Positions 25,056 to 37,840 of a stretch of DNA of 50,961 nt are shown here, piece by piece. Location of the stretch: contig NC_057753.1 in assembly GCF_004010195.1 (NCBI RefSeq), positions 3,164,502-3,215,462 of the forward strand, given 5' to 3'. Under the pieces are notes generated by a model. The model did no database searches. It saw only the letters and a program-made list of their open reading frames with translations, and was not told the origin of the DNA. Every line of letters begins with the position of its first letter. Positions within the stretch are counted from its first letter, which is position 1. The translations under genes and the position numbers were made by a program. This DNA comes from Chiloscyllium plagiosum. Its lineage: Eukaryota.

Positions 25056-25942
25056 AGTAAATTCGCAGATGACACTAAGGTCGGTGGAGTTGTGGATAGT
25101 GCCAAAGGATGTTGCAGCTGACAGAGTGACATAGGTAAGATGCAGGGCTGGGCTGAGAAGTGGCAAATGGAGTTTAATGTGGAAAAGTGTGAGGTGATTC
25201 ACTTTGGAAGGAGTAACAGGAATGCAGAGTACTGGGCTAATGGTAAGGTTCTTGGTAGTGTAGGTTAGCAGAGAGATCTCAGTGTGCAGGTACACAGATC
25301 CTTGAAAGTTGCCACCCAGGCTGACAGGGTTGTTAAGAAGGTGTGTTAGAGTTTATTGGGAGAGGGATTGAGTTTCGGAGCCACGAGGTCATGTTGCAGC
25401 TGAAGAAAACTCTGGTGCGGATGCACTTGGAGTATTGTGTACAGTTCTGGTCACCGCATTATAGGAAGGATATGGAAGCTTTGGAAAGGGTTCAGAGGAG
25501 ATTTACTAGGATGTTGTCTGGGATGGAGGGAAGGTCTTATAAGCAAAGGCTGAGGGACTCAAGGCTGTTTTCATTAGAGAGAAGAAGGTTAAGAGGTGAC
25601 TTAATATAGGCATATAAGATAATCAGAGGGTTAGATACAATGGACAGTGAGAGCCTTTTTCCTCAGCTGGTGATGGCTAGCAGGAGGGGACATAGCTTTA
25701 AACTGAGGGGTGATAGATATAAGATAGGTGTCAGGGGTAGTTTCTTTAATCAGAGAGTAGTAGGGTGCGGAATGCACTGCCTGCAACTGTAGGATACTCA
25801 CCAACGTTAAGGGCATTTACATGGTCATTGGATAAACATATGGATGAGAATGAAATAGTGTAGGATAGATGGGCTTCAGATTTCACAGGTCAGTGCAACA
25901 TTGAGGGCCGAAGGGCCTGTACTACGCTGGAATGTTCTATAT
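25056..25942 (+). mobile_element. CR1 RT to 3' end
   Basis: KFADDTK, HLEYCVQFWSPHYRKD, RGDLI. Confidence 0.92.
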
Positions 25943-25943
25943 T

Positions 25944-26208
25944 CAGTGCCAGGGACCCGGGTTTGATTCCAGCCTTAGGGCGACTGTCCGAAGTGTAACC
26001 CACCCAGACCCATTCCCCTATACCTAACACTACGGGCAAATTAACATGGCCAATCCACCCTGACCTCCACATCTTTGGACTGTGGGAGGAAACCAGAGCA
26101 CCTGGAGGAAACCCACACAGACACGGGGAGAATGTGCAAACTCCACACAGACAGTTGCCCCGAGGCGGGAATCGAACCTGGGTCCCTTGTTGCTGTGAGG
26201 AAGCTGTG
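25944..26208 (-). mobile_element. HE1-like SINE with an inverted head fragment
   Basis: Plus-strand head at 25944-25988 joined to a minus-strand body. Confidence 0.8.
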
Positions 26209-26659
26209 CTTTGCGGTTAACGACAGACACTGGGCTGCAGTTGACTGAATTTATATCCGAACGTCCTGAACCTCAGCAAGTTTGGGCCGTTAGTCTCCAG
26301 AAACAGCAACGTGACAATGATCAGGTAACATCTGTTTTGCAAGAGACTGTTTGTGGAGGAGGGGCTGGGAGTGGGGAGATTTCTAAGCTCACAGACCCAC
26401 AGCTGAAAAGCAGTTAAACAAAACTCTCTGAAGGAACAATTCCCTGGCGTGTAACTGTGAGCTGTGTGGGGACTACCTCTGATTTCGTTCTCCTTTCAAA
26501 CCGGGTTATATTTAGACAGCTTTGCTTGTTTGATTTTCGTGTGATTTATTCCTTAACAAGCTTCCATTTTATTGTTGAAACCAAATCTTCAGCCTTGCAT
26601 ATTTATTGGTCAGTGAAAAACCACCATGTTTAATAAAATGAGAAATGATCTATCACGGG

Positions 26660-27233
26660 CATCGTTTTCACACAGAGGGTGGTACGTGTAGGAAGTGAGC
26701 TGCCAGAGGAAGTGGTGGAGGCTGGTACAATTACAATGTTTAAAGGGCATCTGGATGGGGATATGAATAGGAAGGGTTTGGGAAACTTAAAAGGGTTCAG
26801 AAAAGAGGCTGAATAGGCTGGGGCTGTTTTCCCTGGAGTGTCGGAGGCTGAGGGGCGACCTTATAGAGGTTTATAAAATCATGAGGGGCATGGATAGGAT
26901 AAATGTACAAGGTCATTTCCCTGGGATGGGGGAACTACACAACTAGAAGGCATAGGTGAAGGGTGAGAGGGGAAAGATTTAAAAGAGACCTAAAGGGCAA
27001 CGTTTTCCCACAGAGGGTGGTATGTGCATGAAATGAGCTGCCAGAGGAAGTGGTGGAGGCTGGTACAATTGCACCATTTAAGAGGCATCTGGGTCGATAT
27101 ATGAATAGGAAGGGATTAAGAGGGATATGGGCCGGGTGCTGGCAGGTGGGACTAGATTGGGTTGGGATATCTGGTCGGCATGGATGGGTTGGTCCGAAGG
27201 GTCTGTTTCCGTGCTGTACATCTCTACGACTCT
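26660..27233 (+). mobile_element. Two CR1 3' fragments
   Basis: Repeated CACAGAGGGTGGTA...GAGCTGCCAGAGGAAGTGG; CR1 tail. Confidence 0.88.
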
Positions 27234-27852
27234 AAGTGCAAAACACTCAAGTTACAGCGTAACAGAAGAATAATAAATCATAAATGATCAGACTTCTTTC
27301 GCAGCAGTTCGAAGTCGTGCAAAGAATTTCAGATGGGAAAGAGTCCGATCATATTGTGCTAAAGAGCCTGATGCCTCAGGAGGGAGAAACTGTTGCACAG
27401 TCTGGCCGTGAGAGACCGAAGGGTCTGTTTCCACGCTGTACATCCCTATGACCCGAAGCCAGATTTAATATGGTCCAGTGGAAACATCATTGGGATCAGA
27501 AGGGCTTACACCTGAAACGTCGATTCTCCTGCTCCCCCCCGATGCTGCCTGACCCGCTGCGCTTTTCCAGCCCTGCACTCTCTCCACTCTGACTCTCCAG
27601 AATCTGCAGTCCATGCTTCTTCCCATTATAACACCACACCCTGAGCGATCATTACTGATTTGAGAGGGCGATTCCTGGATAATTCCACCCCCCCCCACCC
27701 CTCCTGCTCCTTCCTATCCCGGCCTCTGGTTTGTATCGAAACATCGAAGATAGGAGAGGTGCAGACCATTCAGTCTGCTCCGCTGTCCAGTTCAAAATCC
27801 TCATCCTGCTTTCTTCCCAGACCGCTTAGTACCTTGATCTTGAAGAGCAGCC

Positions 27853-28143
27853 CAGTGGCTCAGTGGTTAGCACTGTTGCCTTACAGCGCCAGGGTCCTAG
27901 GTTCAGTCCCAGCCTCAGGGCGACTGTCTGTGTGGCGTTTGCACATTCTCCCCGTGTCTGCGTGGGTTTCCTCCCACAGTCCAAAGATGTGCAAGTTAGG
28001 GTGAATTAGCCAAGCTACATTGCCCATAGTGTTAGGTGCTTTAGTCAGAGGGAAATGGGTCTGGGTGGGTTACTCTTCGGAGGGTCGGTGTGGACTGGTT
28101 GGGCTGAAGAGCCTGTTTCCGCACTGTAGGGAATCTAATCTAA
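27853..28143 (+). mobile_element. HE1-like SINE
   Basis: tRNA head, V-domain, tail. Confidence 0.9.
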
Positions 28144-28564
28144 ACTACGTCTAAGTCTTGCTTTGGCCTCACGATTTTCTGTTGCAATGATATTGCTGTG
28201 TGACTGGGTGGGCGTAGACAGGGGTGATATAATGGCCCCAAATCCCGCAGTATGTTCCCTCAGCATCCTGCAGTGCCCTCGGCCCCTCCTTGAACACAAA
28301 AAGCATGCGTTTGAGTGACCGGAGACAGCTCAGAGTCCCCCACGTTGTAAAATATTCCTTCATGAGGAACGGGTGCCGCTGGGCGAGACGAACATGTCTT
28401 CCCCGTGGGCTGGCTGCCTTTGAGAAGATGGTGATCAGCTCCTTTCCTGAAACGGCCATGGTCTATATGGTGCAGGCAGACCCACAATGCTGTTCGGGAG
28501 GCGGTTGCTGGATCTTAACCCAGAAGGCACGGTGATACATTTCCAAGTCTGGATAGTGAGAACC

Positions 28565-28735
28565 CTAGCGAGTTATGAGAAGATTTGTAGCTCAGGTTGA
28601 GGTTCTGGAATGTGAGTTTGCTCGCTGAGCTGGAAGGCTCATTTTCAGACGTTTCGTCACCCTACTAGGCAACATCTTCAGTGGGCCTCCGGTTGAAGCA
28701 CTGGTGTTGTGACCCACTTTCTATTTATGTAGAAA
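28565..28735 (-). mobile_element. PLE family P3 pLTR with intact HHR core
   Basis: Minus strand ca-CTGAAGA-tgttgcc-tagta-gggtgac-GAAAC-GTC-tg at about 28646-28684; continues at 29445-29526 and 30214-30450. Confidence 0.8.
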
Positions 28736-28748
28736 GGTTTCCTAGAGT

Positions 28749-29443
28749 GATAGAATCCCTACAGTATGCAAATAGGCCCTTCGGCCCAACAAGTCCACAT
28801 CACCTGACTACCACCTGATGAAGGAGCGACGCTCCGAAAGCTAGTGCTTCCAATTAAACCTGTTGGACTTAAACCTGGTGTTATGTGATTTTTAACTTTG
28901 TACATCAACCCTCCGCAGAGTAACCCAGCTAGACCCATTCCCCTATGCTCTACATTTACCCCTGACTAATGTACCTAACCTACACGTCCCTGAACACTAT
29001 GGGGCAATTTAGCGTGGCCAAACCACCCTAAGCTGCGCATCTTTGGACTGTGGGATAAACCGGAGCAAACCCACGCAGACACGGGGAGAGTGTGCAAACT
29101 CCACACAGGCAGTCACCCGAGGTTGGAATTGAACCCGGGTCCCTGGTGCTGTGAGGCAGCAGTGCTAACCACTGAGCCACCGTGCTGCCCACTTTAGATT
29201 ACCTACAGTGTGGAAACAGGCCCTTGAGCCCAACAAGTCCACACCAATCCTCTGCAGAGTAACCCACCCAGACTAATTTCCTGACATTTACCCCAGATGA
29301 ATGCACCTAACCCTACGGGCAATTTAGCATGGCCAATTCACCCTGACCTGCACATCTTTGGACTGTGGGAGGAAACCGGAGCACCCGGAGGAAACCCACG
29401 CAGACACTGGGGAGAATGTGCTAACTACTGAGCTGCCATGCCA
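28749..29443 (-). mobile_element. Two tandem HE1-like SINEs; the first holds a P2 pLTR (28801-28903, intact HHR at 28812-28846)
   Basis: Two SINE bodies; CACCTGATGAAGGAGCGACGCTCCGAAAGCTAGTG. Confidence 0.87.
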
Positions 29444-29526
29444 CCGGTTGGTGATGTCATTTCCAATGTTGATGTCATTTCCGGTGTTGGTGATGTCGTT
29501 TCCTGGTCTTTTTCTCAGAGGGTGAC

Positions 29527-30213
29527 TGTTAGGACAAGGGATAAACCCTTCTGCTAGTTTAACCCAGCCACACAGAAAAGAATCACCCGTTAAAATTCGA
29601 CAGGCTAAGAACTATCCCAAAGGTCACTATTTAAAGTAAAAACGACACCTTTATTCTTTAAGTCCAACAGAGAATATTAAAACCAACAACTATTTACAAC
29701 TCCTTTCTCTTCAACCTATCTTGTACCTCCCCCCTCTACAATACTAGTCCGATAAAACAATCTAGCTTAAGATTAAAAAAAATTACAACCAGTCAGCTTT
29801 GCCGAGTCTCCTTTGTAGATTCTCTCGAGGTTGGTTTCGATGTTCTGCCGTGCAAAGTCCTTCTCCAGAGAAGTACCTCTCAGAGAGCTCTGAAACCAGC
29901 GGCCTACATTTGTTGGTCTTTTGGCAGCTCTCCCTCAATTGTTCAAAAATGTCCCCAAAGCATCAGATCATTTCATTGGTTTTAATGTGAACAAAATACT
30001 AAATGCAAACGTGATTGGATTTTGGCATCTTGGGGCATAACTTAAACTGATTGGCCGAACTTGAATTTGTTTTTAGTTTCCTGGCAACCCAGCTGCTGCT
30101 AGCTGGTTCCCAACTGTTACATTCTTACCTTGTTGAGGACTCTCTGTGCTTTGTCAGTTCTTGCTAGATTTTCAAGTCTCTGAAAGGTATAGTACCCCGA
30201 CAACTTCATAATA
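29527..30213 (-). mobile_element. Solo LTR family B (possibly Gypsy-type) inserted in PLE P3
   Basis: TGTTAGGA...TCATAATA termini; host resumes; reverse complement resembles 44280-44420. Confidence 0.6.
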
Positions 30214-30749
30214 GTGGGAGATGGGGTCCAAGTCGTTGTGTTTGCTGATAGAGTTCCGGTTGGAACACCAGGCCTCCAGGAATTCTCTTGCGTGTCTCTG
30301 TTTGGCTTGTCCAAGGATGGATGTGTTGTCCCAGTCGAAGTGGAGTCCTTCCTCATCTGTAGGTAAGGATACCAGTGAGATTATCTTTTTGTGGCCAGTA
30401 GATGTTCATGTATCCTGGTGGTTAGTGACTCCTTGCAGGTGGTGGTGTCCCACCAATGATCATGACCTCTCCCATGCCCCTAGCTCATAATGAAAACCGT
30501 TAATTGCCCTCTCAAAAGGCCTAGCAGGTGACTGAGTTGCATCAGTGGCCACAAAGTCACAAGGAAATGACAGAAAGTGGGCTGCAGCTGTTCAAGAAGG
30601 GACCTCACTACCAGGGCAACTAGAGATGGGTGAAAAATGTTGGCCCAGCCAGCAATGTCTACATCCCATCAGGGAATACAAAGTAGTCAGTATCCAACCA
30701 ATATAAGACAGAGTAAATTTCTCCCTACGCCCACAACCTCAATATACAA

Positions 30750-31365
30750 CGGTGAATGTTATCCGCATCGCTAGAAACCCAGACCCTGAGAAAAAAGAGA
30801 ACATTATCCCATCCCTACTACCCCAGACACTAATAAAAAAGTGAACATTATCCCCATCCCTACTAGCACAGACTCTGGGAAAAAAGTGGAAATTATCCTC
30901 ATTCTTCCTCCACCAGACCCTTTTAAAATGTGGAAAATATCCTCATCCCAATAACCCCAGATCCTGGGAAAAAAATGAATATGATCTCCATTCCTATTAC
31001 CCAGGCCCTGTGAAGAATGTGGACATTATCCCCATCCCTATCAACCCAGGCCCTCGGAAAAAAGTGAACATTATTCCCATCACCACTACACCAGGCCCTG
31101 GGAAAAATGTGAACATTATCCCCATCCCTAATACCCCAGACCCTGGGAAAATAGTGAACATTATTCCCATTGCCACTACACCAGGCCCTGGGAAAAATGT
31201 GAACATTATCCCTATCTCTACTACTCCAGTCCCTGGGATTAAAAAGTGAACATTATCCCCATCGCCACGACACCAGACCCTGGGAAAATAGTGAACATTA
31301 TCCCCATCGCCACTACACCAGGCCCTGGGAAAACAAAAGTGAACATCATCCCCACTCCTGCCACC
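30750..31365. repeat. 45-bp minisatellite, about 13 copies
   Basis: GTGAACATTATCCCCATCGCCACTACACCAGGCCCTGGGAAAAAT-type unit. Confidence 0.93.
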
Positions 31366-31489
31366 CACGATCTTAACGGAGAACAGTATCTCCCTGGAAT
31401 GAGCGTTGTTCTGATGGACTCAGACTTTGACAGTGTAAACATTCCTGACCTGATTCCGGATTTAAGACCTTCCGAGATCAGACTCAACT

Positions 31490-31710
31490 TTTCTCCAACT
31501 CAGATCACGTGAGGAACTGTGCCAACGCGATGCAGGGTCACGTGATCACACTGAGCCAACCGTTGCATCTTCGAAGGGATCTCTGGTAGCCGGGTTGGTC
31601 TGACGTGAGAATGCTGCAGAACGTGGCACGGCAGAGAGGAGGAGGAAGCGACCAACTCCGCAACTGGGAGATAGAGGGCAGCCTGAGGAGCAGAAGGGCT
31701 CAGGTCAGTT
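31490..31710 (+). promoter_or_regulatory. Possible promoter/first exon with paired TCACGTGA E-boxes
   Basis: TCACGTGA at about 31505 and 31538, TGACGT at 31601, donor-like CAG|GTCAGT near 31703. Confidence 0.35.
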
Positions 31711-31948
31711 ATAGGGTGAACCGCAAGAGACGTTCCAGTGGGGCTTTCACTTCTGCGTCTCCTTCCTCCATCGTCCCTCTCTTGTCTGTCAGTGCAAGGC
31801 TGAACTCTATGAGGAAGGGTTTGAGGACTCTGGGACGATACTGGATGGACTTTCGAAGGATGAGGGGAGAATCCGAATGAAACTGACCGAACGCTGAACG
31901 GCCTGGACAGAGTGGGACATTAGGAAGATGTTTCAATGGGCAGGAGAG

Positions 31949-32249
31949 ATTAGATTACTTACAGTGTGGAAACAGGCCCTTCGGCCCAACGACACCGACC
32001 CTCCGAAGAGTAACCCACCCAGACCCTTTTCCCTCTGACTAATCCACCTAACACTCTGGGCAATTTAGCACGGCCAAGTCACCTAACCTGGACATTTTTT
32101 GGACAGTGGGAGGAAACCGGAGCACCCGGAGGAAACCCACGCAGACACGGGGAGAATGTGCAAACTCCACACAGACAGTCGCCTGAGGCGGGAATTGAAC
32201 CCGGGTCTCTGGCGCTGTGAGGCAGCAGTGGTAACCACTGTGCTGCCCC
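31949..32249 (-). mobile_element. HE1-like SINE
   Basis: Full-length match. Confidence 0.9.
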
Positions 32250-32295
32250 AGATTTGGGCCCGAGGGCACAGCCTTTGAGTAAAAGCCTCTTATCA

Positions 32296-33197
32296 AGCCT
32301 TAGGATTGAGATTCGAAGCCACAGGGTCATGCTGCAGGTGTACAAAGCTCTGGTGCAGTCGCACTTGGAGTATTGTGTACAGTTCTGGGCACCGCATTAT
32401 AGGAAGGATGTCAAAGCTTTTGGAAAGGGTCCAGAAGAGATTTAGATTTGCTTCCTTCCAGTGTGGAAATAGGCCTGTCGGCCCAACAAGTCCACACCGA
32501 CCCAACGAAGAGCAACCCACCCAGACCCATTCTCCTATATTTACCCCTTCACCGAACACTATGGGGCACTTTAGTGTGACCAATTCACTCTGACTGTGGG
32601 AGGAAACCGGAGCACCCAGAGGAAACCCACGCAGATACAGGGACAATGAGCAAACTCCACACAGACAGTTGCCCGAGGCGGGAATTGAACCCGAGTCCCT
32701 GGCACTTTGAGACAGCAGTGCTAACCACTGTGCCACCGTGCTGCCCACTTATCAGGATGTTGCCTGGTGTGGAGGGAAGGTCTTACGAGGAAAGGCTGAG
32801 GGAACTGAGGCTGTTTTCGTTAGAGAGAAGAAGGTTGAGAGGTGACTTAATAGAGACATACAAGATAATCAGACGGTTAGAGAGGGTGGGCAGGGAGAGC
32901 CTTTTTCCTCAGATGGTGAAGGCTAGCATGAGGGGACATAACTTTAAACTGAGGGGTGATAGATATAGGACAGATGTCAGAGGTAGTTTCTTTACTCAGA
33001 GAGAAGTAGGGGTGCGGAATGCACTACCTGCAACAGTAGGAGACTCGCCAACGTTAAGGGCATTTAAATGGGCATTGGATAAACATATGGATGTAAATGG
33101 AATAGTGTAGGTCAGATGGGCTTCAGATTGGTTCCACAGGTCGGTGCAACATCGAGGGCCGAAGGGCCTGCACTGCGCTGGAATGTTCTATGTTCTC
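32296..33197 (+). mobile_element. CR1 3' part interrupted by an HE1 SINE (32441-32746, minus)
   Basis: HLEYCVQFWAPHYRKD, RGDLIETYKI, CR1 tail. Confidence 0.9.
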
Positions 33198-33722
33198 CAT
33201 GTGGTGGTTCAGGGGCTGCACAGAAAGGGCGTCTGCTCAGGAAAGGAGTGGGTGAGCCCGAGGAACGTTGAAGGACAAAGCTTTGGTTACAGTCTCCACT
33301 GTGAGCTTTGCTTTCTAACTGGGAATGATCTCTGGGCCTTGCGGATCATCTGGAATGGGTCAACACGAAAAGGAGGAGGAGGAAGACACAAAGGCTGAAC
33401 AGTAACTAGAACTTTGTGTTTGAGCCACTCAGCTGCCAGTCCCTCTCTCTACTCGGTAAGGGGTCAATGGCATTTTTAAGCTGAAATGAAGAGAGAGCCT
33501 CATTCAACTTAAACTCCCAGGAAGCCGTGGAAGAGCAGGAAATGGACATTAGGAGGGATCTACCACACTGCGGTGAAGTTTTCACTCAAGTGCCTGGAAA
33601 ATATTTCACTGTTCTGCTGCACGTAACTTGATAATTTAATTTCAGAATGGAGGTGCAGATGGTGCAAGGCAGTAAGAATTGTCAACCAGAGCTGATCAGC
33701 ATTTTGGAAACGGAGACATTAA

Positions 33723-34715
33723 TCATAGAACATAGAACATTCCAGCGCCGTACAGGCCCTTCGACCCTCGATGTTGCGCTGACCTATGAAACCAATCTGA
33801 AGCTCATCTAACCTACACTATTCCATTCTCGTTCATATGCCTATCCAATGACTACTTAAATGCCCTTAAATGCCCTCAGAAAAGATTTACAAGGGTGTTG
33901 CCAGGGTTGGAGGATTTGAGCTATAGGGAGAGGCTGTACAGGCTGGGCTGTTTTCCCTGGAGCGTCAGAGGCTGAGGGGTGACCTTATACAGGTTTATAA
34001 AATTATGAGGGGCATGAATAGGATAAATAGGCAAAGTCTTTTCCCTGGTGTTGGGGGAGTCCAGAACCAGAGGGCATAGGTTTAGGGTGAGAGGGGAAAG
34101 ATATAAAAGGGACCTAAGGGGCAACTTTTTCACACAGAGAGTGGTACGTGTATGGAATGAGCTGCCAGAGGAAGTGGTGGAGGCTGGTACCGTTGCAACA
34201 TTTAAGAGGCATTTGGATGGGTATATGAATAGGAAGGGTTTGGAGGGATATGGGCCGGGTGCTGGCAGGGGGGACTAGATTGGGTTGGGATATCTGGTCG
34301 GCATGGACGGGTTGGACCGAAGGGTCTGTTTCCGTGCTGTACATCTCTATGACTCTGACTCTAAGTTGGCGAGCCAATTACTGTTGCAGGCAGTGCATTC
34401 CACAGCCCTACTACTCCCTGAGTAAAGAAACTACCTCTGACATCTGTCCTATATCTATCACCCCTCAATTTAAAGCTGTGCCCCCTTGTGTTAGCCATCA
34501 CCATACTTGGAAAAAGGCTCTCCCTGTCCACTCTCTCTAACCCTCTGATTATCTTATATGTCTCAATTAAGTCACCTCTCAACCTTCTTCTCTCTAACGA
34601 AAACAGCCTCAAGTCCCTCAGCCTTTCCTCGAAAGACCTTCCCTCCATACCAGGCAACATCCTGGTACATCTCCTCTGAACCCTTTCCAATGCTTCCACA
34701 TCCTTCCTATAATCA
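33723..34715 (-). mobile_element. CR1 3' part (minus) with a nested young plus-strand CR1 3' end (33876-34361)
   Basis: Minus-strand host resumes at 34362; the insert ends ATGACTCTGACTCT. Confidence 0.88.
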
Positions 34716-35139
34716 CTGGACCCTTTTAGATACTGTCGATTTTCCACCAAAGATTAATTTGGGAATCGAAGCAAATGTTCACAGTTTTTTTTTTGGAAAT
34801 TAGATTCAATTCAGAGTTTTTGAATGAAGCTGAAAGATCACAAAGAGGTTTTCAAACGGGTAAGTTCTGTTCTGGACCGAGGAGGGGGTTGGTCACTGGA
34901 CTCGAAACTCGGATTTCTTTCCACAGCTGCTGCCGGACCTGCTCAGCTCCGTGTTTTTTGTCCCTGCTTTCCAGCATCCGCAGTTTTTTTTAAAATTTCA
35001 AATGGGAAAGTGCTAACTCGCAAACCAGGAAGGTGTTCAGGATGGAAATCTCCAGTCAGTGATCCAGGCAGTTGGTGTCAGCAACCACAAATGATCCCGG
35101 ATGTGATTCACAGCAGAACTGACCCTGTCGTCATGACGA

Positions 35140-36200
35140 CGTCGCTCAGGCACCATTGAGGTGCAGGATTGGGTGAATCTCTTTCCACACACGCGGCGGG
35201 TGAAGTGTCTCTCTGTGACCCCACCAGCGAGCAAGGACAGTGGAGAAACGCCTGAATCTCCTTCTGCAGCGGGAGCAGCTGAATGGCCTCTCCCCCCAGT
35301 GCGAACCCACTGGTACCTCACCAGGCCCGGAGCCTGAGTTAATCCCTTCCCCACACACACAGAGCAGCTGAACGGCCTCTCCCCAGTGTGAACTCGCTGG
35401 TACCTCACCAGGCCCGAAGGCTGAGTTAATCCCTTCCCCACACACACGTAGAAGCTGAACGGCCTCTCCCCAGTGCGAACTCACTGGTGTCTCACTAGGC
35501 CCGAAGACTGAGTATTCGATTTCCCCACACAGAGCAACTGATTAGACTTTCCCCAGAGCGAATTCGCTGGTGTCTCACGAGGCCTGAAAGCTGAGTTAAT
35601 CCTTTCCTCACACACACACACACACACACACACACGGAGCAACTGAATGGCCTTTCCCCAGTGCGAACCTACTGGTGTCTCACCAGGCCCGAAGGCTGAG
35701 TAAATCCCTTCCCCACACACACAGAGCAGCTGAACGGCCTCTCCCCAGTGTGAACCCACTGGTACCTCACCAGCCCCAAATGTTGAGTAACCACTTCCCC
35801 CACATGGAGCAGCTGAACGGCCTGTCCCCTGTGTGAACTCGCTGGTACCTCACCAGGGCTGAAGGCTGAGTAAATCCTTTCCTCACACACACACACACGG
35901 AGCAGCTGAACGGCCTTTCCCCAGTGTGAACACGCTGGTGTCTCACCAGGCCCGAAGGCTGAGTTAATCCCTTCCCCACACACACAGAGCAGCTGAACAG
36001 CCTCTCCTCAGTGCGAACGCGATGGTGGTCTTTGAGGCTGGGTCAATTTCTGAACCTGTTTACACCTTGAGTGCAGCGGAATGGCTCCTCCTCAGAGTGA
36101 ATCCGCTGGTGAGTCACCAGTTTGGATGATGGTGTGAATACATTCATGAACTGGGAGCAGGGGAACAGACTCTCCCCAGTCTGAATCCCTTCCCACAAGT
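35140..36200 (-). pseudogene. Decayed C2H2 zinc-finger array, about 12-13 fingers
   Basis: Repeated [27 protein letters not shown]; frameshifts, a stop, His-to-Tyr/Arg changes. Confidence 0.88.
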
Positions 36201-36435
36201 AGAGTCGAGCCCTTAGTGGTGTGCATACAGTTTTGTTTTCTTTATTAGTTCACGGGATGACGGCGTGTCTGGCCGGGCCAATATTTATTACCCATCCCGG
36301 ATTACCCAAAAGGCAGTTGAGAGTCAACCACGTTGCTGTGGGTCTGGAGTCACATGTAGGCCCAGACAAGGTAAGGATGGCAATTTCCTTCCTTAAAAGG
36401 ACATTAGTGAACCAGGTGGGCTTTTCTGACAATCG

Positions 36436-37285
36436 ACTTGCCCCCCAAAAACACCTTCCCGTCCTGGCACCCTCCCCTGCCACCGAAGGAATTGCAAAAC
36501 CTGTGCCCACACCTCCTCCCTCCCCACCATCCAAGGCCCCAAAGGAGCCTTCCACATCCATCAAAATTTTGCTTGCACATCCACCAATGTCATTTGTTGT
36601 ATCCATTGCTCCCGATGTGGTCTCCTCTCCATTGGGGAGACTGGACGCCTCCGAGCAGAGCGCTTTAGGGAACTTGTTAGAAACGAAAATCGCTTCTCAA
36701 TAATCGCTCTAGACAAATTCAGGAAAACAAAGTTTTATTAGCAAGTGTGCAGAGTTGGGCACCCTTCTGAGAAAAAGGCGCGCCAGGCTAACAAAGTTTT
36801 CGATTAAATACAGTACAAGCCCCTCCCCTCTATAGCTCTAAAGAGTCACGAGGTTCACATTCTGAACATTCATTATTTTTCCATTCTGGACCCTTATCAC
36901 AAAGTCTGCAGTATATGTCTCCCTAGTTGTTTTTCTAGCCTGCAGTCTTATCAGTCAAGGACTTATTCTTCTCTGTCAGAGTTAGTGGTCTTATCAATCA
37001 AGGACTTGTTTTTATACTCTGTCTCGTCCTTTATTATAGAGAAGCATGTTTTACCCTACCCCCACGGCTCTATTCCCCTTAGACTCTGAGGTCATACACA
37101 TCTTAACTATTTGTACCGAAATCGTCTCTCACAGAACATCTCCGGGACACCCGCACCAATCAACCACACCGCCCTGTGGCCCAACATTTCAACTCCCCTC
37201 CCACTCTGCCGAGGACATGGAGGTCCTGGGCCTCCTCCACCGCCGCTCCCTCACCACCCGACACCAGGAGGAAGTACGTCTCATA
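36436..37285 (+). mobile_element. PLE P1 Cys-rich linker and GIY-YIG fragment split by an LTR
   Basis: PCHRRNCKTC, CSRCGLLSIGETGR..ERFRE(H); host resumes at 37134. Confidence 0.82.
36675..37133 (-). mobile_element. Solo LTR family A (459 bp)
   Basis: TG...CA termini; TSD GAACT/GAACA; AATAAA on the minus strand. Confidence 0.88.
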
Positions 37286-37378
37286 AATTGCTTATAAATA
37301 AATTGCTGTCAAATCAGGATGGAAACTGAGAGAAAACCAACACTTGTCTTGATTTGGGTTTATGTTTGCAGGGTATTT

Positions 37379-37840
37379 AGTCCTCCAGCCCTGCCCCCTC
37401 ATTCACTTTGGCTGCTTGGAGGACCACTGACCCAGTTCAGTCCTCCAGCCCCGCCCCTTCATTCACTGTGGTTGCTTGGAGGACCACCGACCCAGTTTTT
37501 ACCTCAGTCCTCCAGCCCCGCCCCTTCATTCACTTTGGCTGCTTGGAGGACCACCGACCCAGTTCAGTCCTCCAGCCCCGCCCCTTCATTCAATTTGGTT
37601 GCTTGGAGGACCACTGACCCGGTTCAGTCCTCCAGCCCCGCCCCTTCATTCACTTTGGTTGCTTGGAGGACCACCGACCCAGTTCAGTCCTCCAGCCCCG
37701 CCCCTTCATTCACGGTGGTTGCTTGGAGGACCACCGACCCAGTTTTTACCTCAGTCATCCAGCCCCGCCCCTTCATTCACTTTGGTTGCTTGGAGGACCA
37801 CCGACCCAGTTCAGTCCTCCAGCCCCGCCCCTCATTTACT
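37379..37840. repeat. 60/67-bp GC-box minisatellite, about 7.5 copies
   Basis: Unit starts 37379, 37439, 37506, 37566, 37626, 37686, 37753, 37813; each has CCCCGCCCC (first copy variant) and most have GTCCTCCA/TGGAGGAC arms. Confidence 0.93.

Noticed and set aside
26210..26655. Possible LTR
   Set aside because: AATAAA present but no resolvable termini or TSD
33645..33675. Micro-exon TTTCAG|AATGGAG...GCA|GTAAGA
   Set aside because: Splice-like motifs alone are too common to support a call
35140..36200. Functional ZNF or PRDM9 gene
   Set aside because: Frameshifts, lost zinc ligands and no SET or KRAB exon in the window
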